Source: Yuukianura sp. NJ FZ-2021 | Lineage: Eukaryota | Direction of reading: 5' to 3' | Length of the DNA stretch: 64,000 nucleotides | Assembly (NCBI GenBank): GCA_046563655.1 | Contig: JAJCTO010000013.1 | Location: forward strand, 62,001-126,000 | Shown: piece by piece, positions 36,701 to 51,700 of the stretch | Numbering within the stretch: the first letter of the stretch is position 1 | Layout of the letters: each line of letters begins with the position of its first letter | Program-made: the position numbers and the translations under genes | The notes under the pieces: generated by a model | The model's database searches: none | Told to the model about the DNA's origin: nothing | The model's input: the letters and a program-made list of their open reading frames with translations, nothing else

Positions 36701-39700
36701 GCGTCAAAATGGTGCTCGGCATTACCCTGGGTGCGGTATAAAAACCCCAGATAAAATTCGAGGCGGAGCGATTAATCCCGACTTTTAAGTCCGCTCTATC
36801 CAGCTTTAATGGCGATTTATCCACACCAATTAAACTTGGGGTCCTGCAGTACTTTTCAGGAGGATTTCAGAAAAGTAAGTCATTTTTACCCGGCATCGTT
36901 CCGCACTTAGGTTTTTCGAATGTTTTGTTTTGAAACAAATTTTTATAAATAAAATTAACGAGACCAGGGACGACACAGCAATTGAAATTGGGTTCATGTA
37001 GCCTTTTTTATGAGGATTTCAATACTGTAGTTGACTTTTACCCAGTATTGTTCCGGAGCGCCGCTTTCTTGAATTTGTTGTTTTGAAACATGAATTTTCA
37101 TAAATAAAGGTAACAAGATGAGGGACGACACAGCAAGTGAAAGTGGGTTCCTGTAGCACTTTTTATTAGGAATTCAGAAATGTAGTTGACTTTTACCCAG
37201 CATCGTTCAGGAATGCATTTCTTTTGAATTCTTTGTTTTGAAACATGAATTTTCATAAATAAAGGTAACAAGATGAGGGACGACACAGCAAGTGAAAGTA
37301 GATTCCTGTAGCACTTTTTATGAGGATTTCAAAAATGTAATTTACTTTACGTTCATTCTCACATTTGCATGTTCATTCTTACAAATTTAATTCGTTTTGC
37401 GTCAAAATGGTGCTCGGCATTACCCTGGGTGCGGTATAAAAACCCCAGATAAAATTCGAGGCGGAGCGATTAATCCCGACTTTTAAGTCCGCTCTATCCA
37501 GCTTTAATGGCGATCTATCCACACCAATTAAACTTGGGGTCCTGCAGTACTTTTCAGGAGGATTTCAGAAAAGTAAGTCATTTTTACCCGGCATCGTTCC
37601 GCACTTAGGTTTTTCGAATGTTTTGTTTTGAAACAAATTTTTATAAATAAAATTAACGAGACCAGGGACGACACAGCAATTGAAATTGGGTTCATGTAGC
37701 CTTTTTTATGAGGATTTCAATACTGTAGTTGACTTTTACCCAGTATTGTTCCGGAGCGCCGCTTTCTTGAATTTGTTGTTTTGAAACATGAATTTTCATA
37801 AATAAAGGTAACAAGATGAGGGACGACACAGCAAGTGAAAGTGGGTTCCTGTAGCACTTTTTATTAGGAATTCAGAAATGTAGTTGACTTTTACCCAGCA
37901 TCGTTCAGGAATGCATTTCTTTTGAATTCTTTGTTTTGAAACATGAATTTTCATAAATAAAGGTAACAAGATGAGGGACGACACAGCAAGTGAAAGTAGA
38001 TTCCTGTAGCACTTTTTATGAGGATTTCAAAAATGTAATTTATTTTACGTTCATTCTCACATTTGCATGTTCATTCTTACAAATTTAATTCGTTTTGCGT
38101 CAAAATGGTGCTCGGCATTACCCTGGGTGCGGTATAAAAACCCCAGATAAAATTCGAGGCGGAGCGATTAATCCCGACTTTTAAGTCCGCTCTATCCAGC
38201 TTTAATGGCGATTTATCCACACCAATTAAACTTGGGGTCCTGCAGTACTTTTCAGGAGGATTTCAGAAAAGTAAGTCATTTTTACCCGGCATCGTTCCGC
38301 ACTTAGGTTTTTCGAATGTTTTGTTTTGAAACAAATTTTTATAAATAAAATTAACGAGACCAGGGACGACACAGCAATTGAAATTGGGTTCATGTAGCCT
38401 TTTTTATGAGGATTTCAATACTGTAGTTGACTTTTACCCAGTATTGTTCCGGAGCGCCGCTTTCTTGAATTTGTTGTTTTGAAACATGAATTTTCATAAA
38501 TAAAGGTAACAAGATGAGGGACGACACAGCAAGTGAAAGTGGGTTCCTGTAGCACTTTTTATTAGGAATTCAGAAATGTAGTTGACTTTTACCCAGCATC
38601 GTTCAGGAATGCATTTCTTTTGAATTCTTTGTTTTGAAACATGAATTTTCATAAATAAAGGTAACAAGATGAGGGACGACACAGCAAGTGAAAGTAGATT
38701 CCTGTAGCACTTTTTATGAGGATTTCAAAAATGTAATTTATTTTACGTTCATTCTCACATTTGCATGTTCATTCTTACAAATTTAATTCGTTTTGCGTCA
38801 AAATGGTGCTCGGCATTACCCTGGGTGCGGTATAAAAACCCCAGATAAAATTCGAGGCGGAGCGATTAATCCCGACTTTTAAGTCCGCTCTATCCAGCTT
38901 TAATGGCGATCTATCCACACCAATTAAACTTGGGGTCCTGCAGTACTTTTCAGGAGGATTTCAGAAAAGTAAGTCATTTTTACCCGGCATCGTTCCGCAC
39001 TTAGGTTTTTCGAATGTTTTGTTTTGAAACAAATTTTTATAAATAAAATTAACGAGACCAGGGACGACACAGCAATTGAAATTGGGTTCATGTAGCCTTT
39101 TTTATGAGGATTTCAATACTGTAGTTGACTTTTACCCAGTATTGTTCCGGAGCGCCACTTTCTTGAATTTGTTGTTTTGAAACATGAATTTTCATAAATA
39201 AAGGTAACAAGATGAGGGACGACACAGCAAGTGAAAGTGGGTTCCTGTAGCACTTTTTATTAGGAATTCAGAAATGTAGTTGACTTTTACCCAGCATCGT
39301 TCAGGAATGCATTTCTTTTGAATTCTTTGTTTTGAAACATGAATTTTCATAAATAAAGGTAACAAGATGAGGGACGACACAGCAAGTGAAAGTAGATTCC
39401 TGTAGCACTTTTTATGAGGATTTCAAAAATGTAATTTATTTTACGTTCATTCTCACATTTGCATGTTCATTCTTACAAATTTAATTCGTTTTGCGTCAAA
39501 ATGGTGCTCGGCATTACCCTGGGTGCGGTATAAAAACCCCAGATAAAATTCGAGGCGGAGCGATTAATCCCGACTTTTAAGTCCGCTCTATCCAGCTTTA
39601 ATGGCGATTTATCCACACCAATTAAACTTGGGGTCCTGCAGTACTTTTCAGGAGGATTTCAGAAAAGTAAGTCATTTTTACCCGGCATCGTTCCGCACTT

Positions 39701-42700
39701 AGGTTTTTCGAATGTTTTGTTTTGAAACAAATTTTTATAAATAAAATTAACGAGACCAGGGACGACACAGCAATTGAAATTGGGTTCATGTAGCCTTTTT
39801 TATGAGGATTTCAATACTGTAGTTGACTTTTACCCAGTATTGTTCCGGAGCGCCGCTTTCTTGAATTTGTTGTTTTGAAACATGAATTTTCATAAATAAA
39901 GGTAACAAGATGAGGGACGACACAGCAAGTGAAAGTGGGTTCCTGTAGCACTTTTTATTAGGAATTCAGAAATGTAGTTGACTTTTACCCAGCATCGTTC
40001 AGGAATGCATTTCTTTTGAATTCTTTGTTTTGAAACATGAATTTTCATAAATAAAGGTAACAAGATGAGGGACGACACAGCAAGTGAAAGTAGATTCCTG
40101 TAGCACTTTTTATGAGGATTTCAAAAATGTAATTTATTTTACGTTCATTCTCACATTTGCATGTTCATTCTTACAAATTTAATTCGTTTTGCGTCAAAAT
40201 GGTGCTCGGCATTACCCTGGGTGCGGTATAAAAACCCCAGATAAAATTCGAGGCGGAGCGATTAATCCCGACTTTTAAGTCCGCTCTATCCAGCTTTAAT
40301 GGCGATCTATCCACACCAATTAAACTTGGGGTCCTGCAGTACTTTTCAGGAGGATTTCAGAAAAGTAAGTCATTTTTACCCGGCATCGTTCCGCACTTAG
40401 GTTTTTCGAATGTTTTGTTTTGAAACAAATTTTTATAAATAAAATTAACGAGACCAGGGACGACACAGCAATTGAAATTGGGTTCATGTAGCCTTTTTTA
40501 TGAGGATTTCAATACTGTAGTTGACTTTTACCCAGTATTGTTCCGGAGCGCCGCTTTCTTGAATTTGTTGTTTTGAAACATGAATTTTCATAAATAAAGG
40601 TAACAAGATGAGGGACGACACAGCAAGTGAAAGTGGGTTCCTGTAGCACTTTTTATTAGGAATTCAGAAATGTAGTTGACTTTTACCCAGCATCGTTCAG
40701 GAATGCATTTCTTTTGAATTCTTTGTTTTGAAACATGAATTTTCATAAATAAAGGTAACAAGATGAGGGACGACACAGCAAGTGAAAGTAGATTCCTGTA
40801 GCACTTTTTATGAGGATTTCAAAAATGTAATTTATTTTACGTTCATTCTCACATTTGCATGTTCATTCTTACAAATTTAATTCGTTTTGCGTCAAAATGG
40901 TGCTCGGCATTACCCTGGGTGCGGTATAAAAACCCCAGATAAAATTCGAGGCGGAGCGATTAATCCCGACTTTTAAGTCCGCTCTATCCAGCTTTAATGG
41001 CGATCTATCCACACCAATTAAACTTGGGGTCCTGCAGTACTTTTCAGGAGGATTTCAGAAAAGTAAGTCATTTTTACCCGGCATCGTTCCGCACTTAGGT
41101 TTTTCGAATGTTTTGTTTTGAAACAAATTTTTATAAATAAAATTAACGAGACCAGGGACGACACAGCAATTGAAATTGGGTTCATGTAGCCTTTTTTATG
41201 AGGATTTCAATACTGTAGTTGACTTTTACCCAGTATTGTTCCGGAGCGCCGCTTTCTTGAATTTGTTGTTTTGAAACATGAATTTTCATAAATAAAGGTA
41301 ACAAGATGAGGGACGACACAGCAAGTGAAAGTGGGTTCCTGTAGCACTTTTTATTAGGAATTCAGAAATGTAGTTGACTTTTACCCAGCATCGTTCAGGA
41401 ATGCATTTCTTTTGAATTCTTTGTTTTGAAACATGAATTTTCATAAATAAAGGTAACAAGATGAGGGACGACACAGCAAGTGAAAGTAGATTCCTGTAGC
41501 ACTTTTTATGAGGATTTCAAAAATGTAATTTACTTTACGTTCATTCTCACATTTGCATGTTCATTCTTACAAATTTAATTCGTTTTGCGTCAAAATGGTG
41601 CTCGGCATTACCCTGGGTGCGGTATAAAAACCCCAGATAAAATTCGAGGCGGAGCGATTAATCCCGACTTTTAAGTCCGCTCTATCCAGCTTTAATGGCG
41701 ATCTATCCACACCAATTAAACTTGGGGTCCTGCAGTACTTTTCAGGAGGATTTCAGAAAAGTAAGTCATTTTTACCCGGCATCGTTCCGCACTTAGGTTT
41801 TTCGAATGTTTTGTTTTGAAACAAATTTTTATAAATAAAATTAACGAGACCAGGGACGACACAGCAATTGAAATTGGGTTCATGTAGCCTTTTTTATGAG
41901 GATTTCAATACTGTAGTTGACTTTTACCCAGTATTGTTCCGGAGCGCCACTTTCTTGAATTTGTTGTTTTGAAACATGAATTTTCATAAATAAAGGTAAC
42001 AAGATGAGGGACGACACAGCAAGTGAAAGTGGGTTCCTGTAGCACTTTTTATGAGGAATTCAGAAATGTAGTTGACTTTTACCCAGCATCGTTCAGGAAT
42101 GCATTTCTTTTGAATTTTTTTGTTTTGAAACATGAATTTTCATAAATAAAGGTAACAAGATGAGGGACGACACAGCAAGTGAAAGTAGATTCCTGTAGCA
42201 CTTTTTATGAGGATTTCAAAAATGTAATTTACTTTACGTTCATTCTCACATTTGCATGTTCATTCTTACAAATTTAATTCGTTTTGCGTCAAAATGGTGC
42301 TCGGCATTACCCTGGGTGCGGTATAAAAACCCCAGATAAAATTCGAGGCGGAGCGATTAATCCCGACTTTTAAGTCCGCTCTATCCAGCTTTAATGGCGA
42401 TCTATCCACACCAATTAAACTTGGGGTCCTGCAGTACTTTTCAGGAGGATTTCAGAAAAGTAAGTCATTTTTACCCGGCATCGTTCCGCACTTAGGTTTT
42501 TCGAATGTTTTGTTTTGAAACAAATTTTTATAAATAAAATTAACGAGACCAGGGACGACACAGCAATTGAAATTGGGTTCATGTAGCCTTTTTTATGAGG
42601 ATTTCAATACTGTAGTTGACTTTTACCCAGTATTGTTCCGGAGCGCCACTTTCTTGAATTTGTTGTTTTGAAACATGAATTTTCATAAATAAAGGTAACA

Positions 42701-45700
42701 AGATGAGGGACGACACAGCAAGTGAAAGTGGGTTCCTGTAGCACTTTTTATTAGGAATTCAGAAATGTAGTTGACTTTTACCCAGCATCGTTCAGGAATG
42801 CATTTCTTTTGAATTCTTTGTTTTGAAACATGAATTTTCATAAATAAAGGTAACAAGATGAGGGACGACACAGCAAGTGAAAGTAGATTCCTGTAGCACT
42901 TTTTATGAGGATTTCAAAAATGTAATTTATTTTACGTTCATTCTCACATTTGCATGTTCATTCTTACAAATTTAATTCGTTTTGCGTCAAAATGGTGCTC
43001 GGCATTACCCTGGGTGCGGTATAAAAACCCCAGATAAAATTCGAGGCGGAGCGATTAATCCCGACTTTTAAGTCCGCTCTATCCAGCTTTAATGGCGATC
43101 TATCCACACCAATTAAACTTGGGGTCCTGCAGTACTTTTCAGGAGGATTTCAGAAAAGTAAGTCATTTTTACCCGGCATCGTTCCGCACTTAGGTTTTTC
43201 GAATGTTTTGTTTTGAAACAAATTTTTATAAATAAAATTAACGAGACCAGGGACGACACAGCAATTGAAATTGGGTTCATGTAGCCTTTTTTATGAGGAT
43301 TTCAATACTGTAGTTGACTTTTACCCAGTATTGTTCCGGAGCGCCACTTTCTTGAATTTGTTGTTTTGAAACATGAATTTTCATAAATAAAGGTAACAAG
43401 ATGAGGGACGACACAGCAAGTGAAAGTGGGTTCCTGTAGCACTTTTTATTAGGAATTCAGAAATGTAGTTGACTTTTACCCAGCATCGTTCAGGAATGCA
43501 TTTCTTTTGAATTTTTTTGTTTTGAAACATGAATTTTCATAAATAAAGGTAACAAGATGAGGGACGACACAGCAAGTGAAAGTAGATTCCTGTAGCACTT
43601 TTTATGAGGATTTCAAAAATGTAATTTACTTTACGTTCATTCTCACATTTGCATGTTCATTCTTACAAATTTAATTCGTTTTGCGTCAAAATGGTGCTCG
43701 GCATTACCCTGGGTGCGGTATAAAAACCCCAGATAAAATTCGAGGCGGAGCGATTAATCCCGACTTTTAAGTCCGCTCTATCCAGCTTTAATGGCGATCT
43801 ATCCACACCAATTAAACTTGGGGTCCTGCAGTACTTTTCAGGAGGATTTCAGAAAAGTAAGTCATTTTTACCCGGCATCGTTCCGCACTTAGGTTTTTCG
43901 AATGTTTTGTTTTGAAACAAATTTTTATAAATAAAATTAACGAGACCAGGGACGACACAGCAATTGAAATTGGGTTCATGTAGCCTTTTTTATGAGGATT
44001 TCAATACTGTAGTTGACTTTTACCCAGTATTGTTCCGGAGCGCCACTTTCTTGAATTTGTTGTTTTGAAACATGAATTTTCATAAATAAAGGTAACAAGA
44101 TGAGGGACGACACAGCAAGTGAAAGTGGGTTCCTGTAGCACTTTTTATGAGGAATTCAGAAATGTAGTTGACTTTTACCCAGCATCGTTCAGGAATGCAT
44201 TTCTTTTGAATTCTTTGTTTTGAAACATGAATTTTCATAAATAAAGGTAACAAGATGAGGGACGACACAGCAAGTGAAAGTAGATTCCTGTAGCACTTTT
44301 TATGAGGATTTCAAAAATGTAATTTATTTTACGTTCATTCTCACATTTGCATGTTCATTCTTACAAATTTAATTCGTTTTGCGTCAAAATGGTGCTCGGC
44401 ATTACCCTGGGTGCGGTATAAAAACCCCAGATAAAATTCGAGGCGGAGCGATTAATCCCGACTTTTAAGTCCGCTCTATCCAGCTTTAATGGCGATCTAT
44501 CCACACCAATTAAACTTGGGGTCCTGCAGTACTTTTCAGGAGGATTTCAGAAAAGTAAGTCATTTTTACCCGGCATCGTTCCGCACTTAGGTTTTTCGAA
44601 TGTTTTGTTTTGAAACAAATTTTTATAAATAAAATTAACGAGACCAGGGACGACACAGCAATTGAAATTGGGTTCATGTAGCCTTTTTTATGAGGATTTC
44701 AATACTGTAGTTGACTTTTACCCAGTATTGTTCCGGAGCGCCGCTTTCTTGAATTTGTTGTTTTGAAACATGAATTTTCATAAATAAAGGTAACAAGATG
44801 AGGGACGACACAGCAAGTGAAAGTGGGTTCCTGTAGCACTTTTTATTAGGAATTCAGAAATGTAGTTGACTTTTACCCAGCATCGTTCAGGAATGCATTT
44901 CTTTTGAATTCTTTGTTTTGAAACATGAATTTTCATAAATAAAGGTAACAAGATGAGGGACGACACAGCAAGTGAAAGTAGATTCCTGTAGCACTTTTTA
45001 TGAGGATTTCAAAAATGTAATTTACTTTACGTTCATTCTCACATTTGCATGTTCATTCTTACAAATTTAATTCGTTTTGCGTCAAAATGGTGCTCGGCAT
45101 TACCCTGGGTGCGGTATAAAAACCCCAGATAAAATTCGAGGCGGAGCGATTAATCCCGACTTTTAAGTCCGCTCTATCCAGCTTTAATGGCGATCTATCC
45201 ACACCAATTAAACTTGGGGTCCTGCAGTACTTTTCAGGAGGATTTCAGAAAAGTAAGTCATTTTTACCCGGCATCGTTCCGCACTTAGGTTTTTCGAATG
45301 TTTTGTTTTGAAACAAATTTTTATAAATAAAATTAACGAGACCAGGGACGACACAGCAATTGAAATTGGGTTCATGTAGCCTTTTTTATGAGGATTTCAA
45401 TACTGTAGTTGACTTTTACCCAGTATTGTTCCGGAGCGCCACTTTCTTGAATTTGTTGTTTTGAAACATGAATTTTCATAAATAAAGGTAACAAGATGAG
45501 GGACGACACAGCAAGTGAAAGTGGGTTCCTGTAGCACTTTTTATTAGGAATTCAGAAATGTAGTTGACTTTTACCCAGCATCGTTCAGGAATGCATTTCT
45601 TTTGAATTTTTTTGTTTTGAAACATGAATTTTCATAAATAAAGGTAACAAGATGAGGGACGACACAGCAAGTGAAAGTAGATTCCTGTAGCACTTTTTAT

Positions 45701-48700
45701 GAGGATTTCAAAAATGTAATTTATTTTACGTTCATTCTCACATTTGCATGTTCATTCTTACAAATTTAATTCGTTTTGCGTCAAAATGGTGCTCGGCATT
45801 ACCCTGGGTGCGGTATAAAAACCCCAGATAAAATTCGAGGCGGAGCGATTAATCCCGACTTTTAAGTCCGCTCTATCCAGCTTTAATGGCGATCTATCCA
45901 CACCAATTAAACTTGGGGTCCTGCAGTACTTTTCAGGAGGATTTCAGAAAAGTAAGTCATTTTTACCCGGCATCGTTCCGCACTTAGGTTTTTCGAATGT
46001 TTTGTTTTGAAACAAATTTTTATAAATAAAATTAACGAGACCAGGGACGACACAGCAATTGAAATTGGGTTCATGTAGCCTTTTTTATGAGGATTTCAAT
46101 ACTGTAGTTGACTTTTACCCAGTATTGTTCCGGAGCGCCGCTTTCTTGAATTTGTTGTTTTGAAACATGAATTTTCATAAATAAAGGTAACAAGATGAGG
46201 GACGACACAGCAAGTGAAAGTGGGTTCCTGTAGCACTTTTTATTAGGAATTCAGAAATGTAGTTGACTTTTACCCAGCATCGTTCAGGAATGCATTTCTT
46301 TTGAATTCTTTGTTTTGAAACATGAATTTTCATAAATAAAGGTAACAAGATGAGGGACGACACAGCAAGTGAAAGTAGATTCCTGTAGCACTTTTTATGA
46401 GGATTTCAAAAATGTAATTTACTTTACGTTCATTCTCACATTTGCATGTTCATTCTTACAAATTTAATTCGTTTTGCGTCAAAATGGTGCTCGGCATTAC
46501 CCTGGGTGCGGTATAAAAACCCCAGATAAAATTCGAGGCGGAGCGATTAATCCCGACTTTTAAGTCCGCTCTATCCAGCTTTAATGGCGATCTATCCACA
46601 CCAATTAAACTTGGGGTCCTGCAGTACTTTTCAGGAGGATTTCAGAAAAGTAAGTCATTTTTACCCGGCATCGTTCCGCACTTAGGTTTTTCGAATGTTT
46701 TGTTTTGAAACAAATTTTTATAAATAAAATTAACGAGACCAGGGACGACACAGCAATTGAAATTGGGTTCATGTAGCCTTTTTTATGAGGATTTCAATAC
46801 TGTAGTTGACTTTTACCCAGTATTGTTCCGGAGCGCCGCTTTCTTGAATTTGTTGTTTTGAAACATGAATTTTCATAAATAAAGGTAACAAGATGAGGGA
46901 CGACACAGCAAGTGAAAGTGGGTTCCTGTAGCACTTTTTATTAGGAATTCAGAAATGTAGTTGACTTTTACCCAGCATCGTTCAGGAATGCATTTCTTTT
47001 GAATTCTTTGTTTTGAAACATGAATTTTCATAAATAAAGGTAACAAGATGAGGGACGACACAGCAAGTGAAAGTAGATTCCTGTAGCACTTTTTATGAGG
47101 ATTTCAAAAATGTAATTTATTTTACGTTCATTCTCACATTTGCATGTTCATTCTTACAAATTTAATTCGTTTTGCGTCAAAATGGTGCTCGGCATTACCC
47201 TGGGTGCGGTATAAAAACCCCAGATAAAATTCGAGGCGGAGCGATTAATCCCGACTTTTAAGTCCGCTCTATCCAGCTTTAATGGCGATCTATCCACACC
47301 AATTAAACTTGGGGTCCTGCAGTACTTTTCAGGAGGATTTCAGAAAAGTAAGTCATTTTTACCCGGCATCGTTCCGCACTTAGGTTTTTCGAATGTTTTG
47401 TTTTGAAACAAATTTTTATAAATAAAATTAACGAGACCAGGGACGACACAGCAATTGAAATTGGGTTCATGTAGCCTTTTTTATGAGGATTTCAATACTG
47501 TAGTTGACTTTTACCCAGTATTGTTCCGGAGCGCCGCTTTCTTGAATTTGTTGTTTTGAAACATGAATTTTCATAAATAAAGGTAACAAGATGAGGGACG
47601 ACACAGCAAGTGAAAGTGGGTTCCTGTAGCACTTTTTATTAGGAATTCAGAAATGTAGTTGACTTTTACCCAGCATCGTTCAGGAATGCATTTCTTTTGA
47701 ATTCTTTGTTTTGAAACATGAATTTTCATAAATAAAGGTAACAAGATGAGGGACGACACAGCAAGTGAAAGTAGATTCCTGTAGCACTTTTTATGAGGAT
47801 TTCAAAAATGTAATTTACTTTACGTTCATTCTCACATTTGCATGTTCATTCTTACAAATTTAATTCGTTTTGCGTCAAAATGGTGCTCGGCATTACCCTG
47901 GGTGCGGTATAAAAACCCCAGATAAAATTCGAGGCGGAGCGATTAATCCCGACTTTTAAGTCCGCTCTATCCAGCTTTAATGGCGATCTATCCACACCAA
48001 TTAAACTTGGGGTCCTGCAGTACTTTTCAGGAGGATTTCAGAAAAGTAAGTCATTTTTACCCGGCATCGTTCCGCACTTAGGTTTTTCGAATGTTTTGTT
48101 TTGAAACAAATTTTTATAAATAAAATTAACGAGACCAGGGACGACACAGCAATTGAAATTGGGTTCATGTAGCCTTTTTTATGAGGATTTCAATACTGTA
48201 GTTGACTTTTACCCAGTATTGTTCCGGAGCGCCGCTTTCTTGAATTTGTTGTTTTGAAACATGAATTTTCATAAATAAAGGTAACAAGATGAGGGACGAC
48301 ACAGCAAGTGAAAGTGGGTTCCTGTAGCACTTTTTATTAGGAATTCAGAAATGTAGTTGACTTTTACCCAGCATCGTTCAGGAATGCATTTCTTTTGAAT
48401 TTTTTTGTTTTGAAACATGAATTTTCATAAATAAAGGTAACAAGATGAGGGACGACACAGCAAGTGAAAGTAGATTCCTGTAGCACTTTTTATGAGGATT
48501 TCAAAAATGTAATTTACTTTACGTTCATTCTCACATTTGCATGTTCATTCTTACAAATTTAATTCGTTTTGCGTCAAAATGGTGCTCGGCATTACCCTGG
48601 GTGCGGTATAAAAACCCCAGATAAAATTCGAGGCGGAGCGATTAATCCCGACTTTTAAGTCCGCTCTATCCAGCTTTAATGGCGATCTATCCACACCAAT

Positions 48701-51700
48701 TAAACTTGGGGTCCTGCAGTACTTTTCAGGAGGATTTCAGAAAAGTAAGTCATTTTTACCCGGCATCGTTCCGCACTTAGGTTTTTCGAATGTTTTGTTT
48801 TGAAACAAATTTTTATAAATAAAATTAACGAGACCAGGGACGACACAGCAATTGAAATTGGGTTCATGTAGCCTTTTTTATGAGGATTTCAATACTGTAG
48901 TTGACTTTTACCCAGTATTGTTCCGGAGCGCCGCTTTCTTGAATTTGTTGTTTTGAAACATGAATTTTCATAAATAAAGGTAACAAGATGAGGGACGACA
49001 CAGCAAGTGAAAGTGGGTTCCTGTAGCACTTTTTATTAGGAATTCAGAAATGTAGTTGACTTTTACCCAGCATCGTTCAGGAATGCATTTCTTTTGAATT
49101 CTTTGTTTTGAAACATGAATTTTCATAAATAAAGGTAACAAGATGAGGGACGACACAGCAAGTGAAAGTAGATTCCTGTAGCACTTTTTATGAGGATTTC
49201 AAAAATGTAATTTACTTTACGTTCATTCTCACATTTGCATGTTCATTCTTACAAATTTAATTCGTTTTGCGTCAAAATGGTGCTCGGCATTACCCTGGGT
49301 GCGGTATAAAAACCCCAGATAAAATTCGAGGCGGAGCGATTAATCCCGACTTTTAAGTCCGCTCTATCCAGCTTTAATGGCGATCTATCCACACCAATTA
49401 AACTTGGGGTCCTGCAGTACTTTTCAGGAGGATTTCAGAAAAGTAAGTCATTTTTACCCGGCATCGTTCCGCACTTAGGTTTTTCGAATGTTTTGTTTTG
49501 AAACAAATTTTTATAAATAAAATTAACGAGACCAGGGACGACACAGCAATTGAAATTGGGTTCATGTAGCCTTTTTTATGAGGATTTCAATACTGTAGTT
49601 GACTTTTACCCAGTATTGTTCCGGAGCGCCGCTTTCTTGAATTTGTTGTTTTGAAACATGAATTTTCATAAATAAAGGTAACAAGATGAGGGACGACACA
49701 GCAAGTGAAAGTGGGTTCCTGTAGCACTTTTTATTAGGAATTCAGAAATGTAGTTGACTTTTACCCAGCATCGTTCAGGAATGCATTTCTTTTGAATTCT
49801 TTGTTTTGAAACATGAATTTTCATAAATAAAGGTAACAAGATGAGGGACGACACAGCAAGTGAAAGTAGATTCCTGTAGCACTTTTTATGAGGATTTCAA
49901 AAATGTAATTTACTTTACGTTCATTCTCACATTTGCATGTTCATTCTTACAAATTTAATTCGTTTTGCGTCAAAATGGTGCTCGGCATTACCCTGGGTGC
50001 GGTATAAAAACCCCAGATAAAATTCGAGGCGGAGCGATTAATCCCGACTTTTAAGTCCGCTCTATCCAGCTTTAATGGCGATCTATCCACACCAATTAAA
50101 CTTGGGGTCCTGCAGTACTTTTCAGGAGGATTTCAGAAAAGTAAGTCATTTTTACCCGGCATCGTTCCGCACTTAGGTTTTTCGAATGTTTTGTTTTGAA
50201 ACAAATTTTTATAAATAAAATTAACGAGACCAGGGACGACACAGCAATTGAAATTGGGTTCATGTAGCCTTTTTTATGAGGATTTCAATACTGTAGTTGA
50301 CTTTTACCCAGTATTGTTCCGGAGCGCCACTTTCTTGAATTTGTTGTTTTGAAACATGAATTTTCATAAATAAAGGTAACAAGATGAGGGACGACACAGC
50401 AAGTGAAAGTGGGTTCCTGTAGCACTTTTTATTAGGAATTCAGAAATGTAGTTGACTTTTACCCAGCATCGTTCAGGAATGCATTTCTTTTGAATTCTTT
50501 GTTTTGAAACATGAATTTTCATAAATAAAGGTAACAAGATGAGGGACGACACAGCAAGTGAAAGTAGATTCCTGTAGCACTTTTTATGAGGATTTCAAAA
50601 ATGTAATTTACTTTACGTTCATTCTCACATTTGCATGTTCATTCTTACAAATTTAATTCGTTTTGCGTCAAAATGGTGCTCGGCATTACCCTGGGTGCGG
50701 TATAAAAACCCCAGATAAAATTCGAGGCGGAGCGATTAATCCCGACTTTTAAGTCCGCTCTATCCAGCTTTAATGGCGATCTATCCACACCAATTAAACT
50801 TGGGGTCCTGCAGTACTTTTCAGGAGGATTTCAGAAAAGTAAGTCATTTTTACCCGGCATCGTTCCGCACTTAGGTTTTTCGAATGTTTTGTTTTGAAAC
50901 AAATTTTTATAAATAAAATTAACGAGACCAGGGACGACACAGCAATTGAAATTGGGTTCATGTAGCCTTTTTTATGAGGATTTCAATACTGTAGTTGACT
51001 TTTACCCAGTATTGTTCCGGAGCGCCGCTTTCTTGAATTTGTTGTTTTGAAACATGAATTTTCATAAATAAAGGTAACAAGATGAGGGACGACACAGCAA
51101 GTGAAAGTGGGTTCCTGTAGCACTTTTTATTAGGAATTCAGAAATGTAGTTGACTTTTACCCAGCATCGTTCAGGAATGCATTTCTTTTGAATTCTTTGT
51201 TTTGAAACATGAATTTTCATAAATAAAGGTAACAAGATGAGGGACGACACAGCAAGTGAAAGTAGATTCCTGTAGCACTTTTTATGAGGATTTCAAAAAT
51301 GTAATTTACTTTACGTTCATTCTCACATTTGCATGTTCATTCTTACAAATTTAATTCGTTTTGCGTCAAAATGGTGCTCGGCATTACCCTGGGTGCGGTA
51401 TAAAAACCCCAGATAAAATTCGAGGCGGAGCGATTAATCCCGACTTTTAAGTCCGCTCTATCCAGCTTTAATGGCGATCTATCCACACCAATTAAACTTG
51501 GGGTCCTGCAGTACTTTTCAGGAGGATTTCAGAAAAGTAAGTCATTTTTACCCGGCATCGTTCCGCACTTAGGTTTTTCGAATGTTTTGTTTTGAAACAA
51601 ATTTTTATAAATAAAATTAACGAGACCAGGGACGACACAGCAATTGAAATTGGGTTCATGTAGCCTTTTTTATGAGGATTTCAATACTGTAGTTGACTTT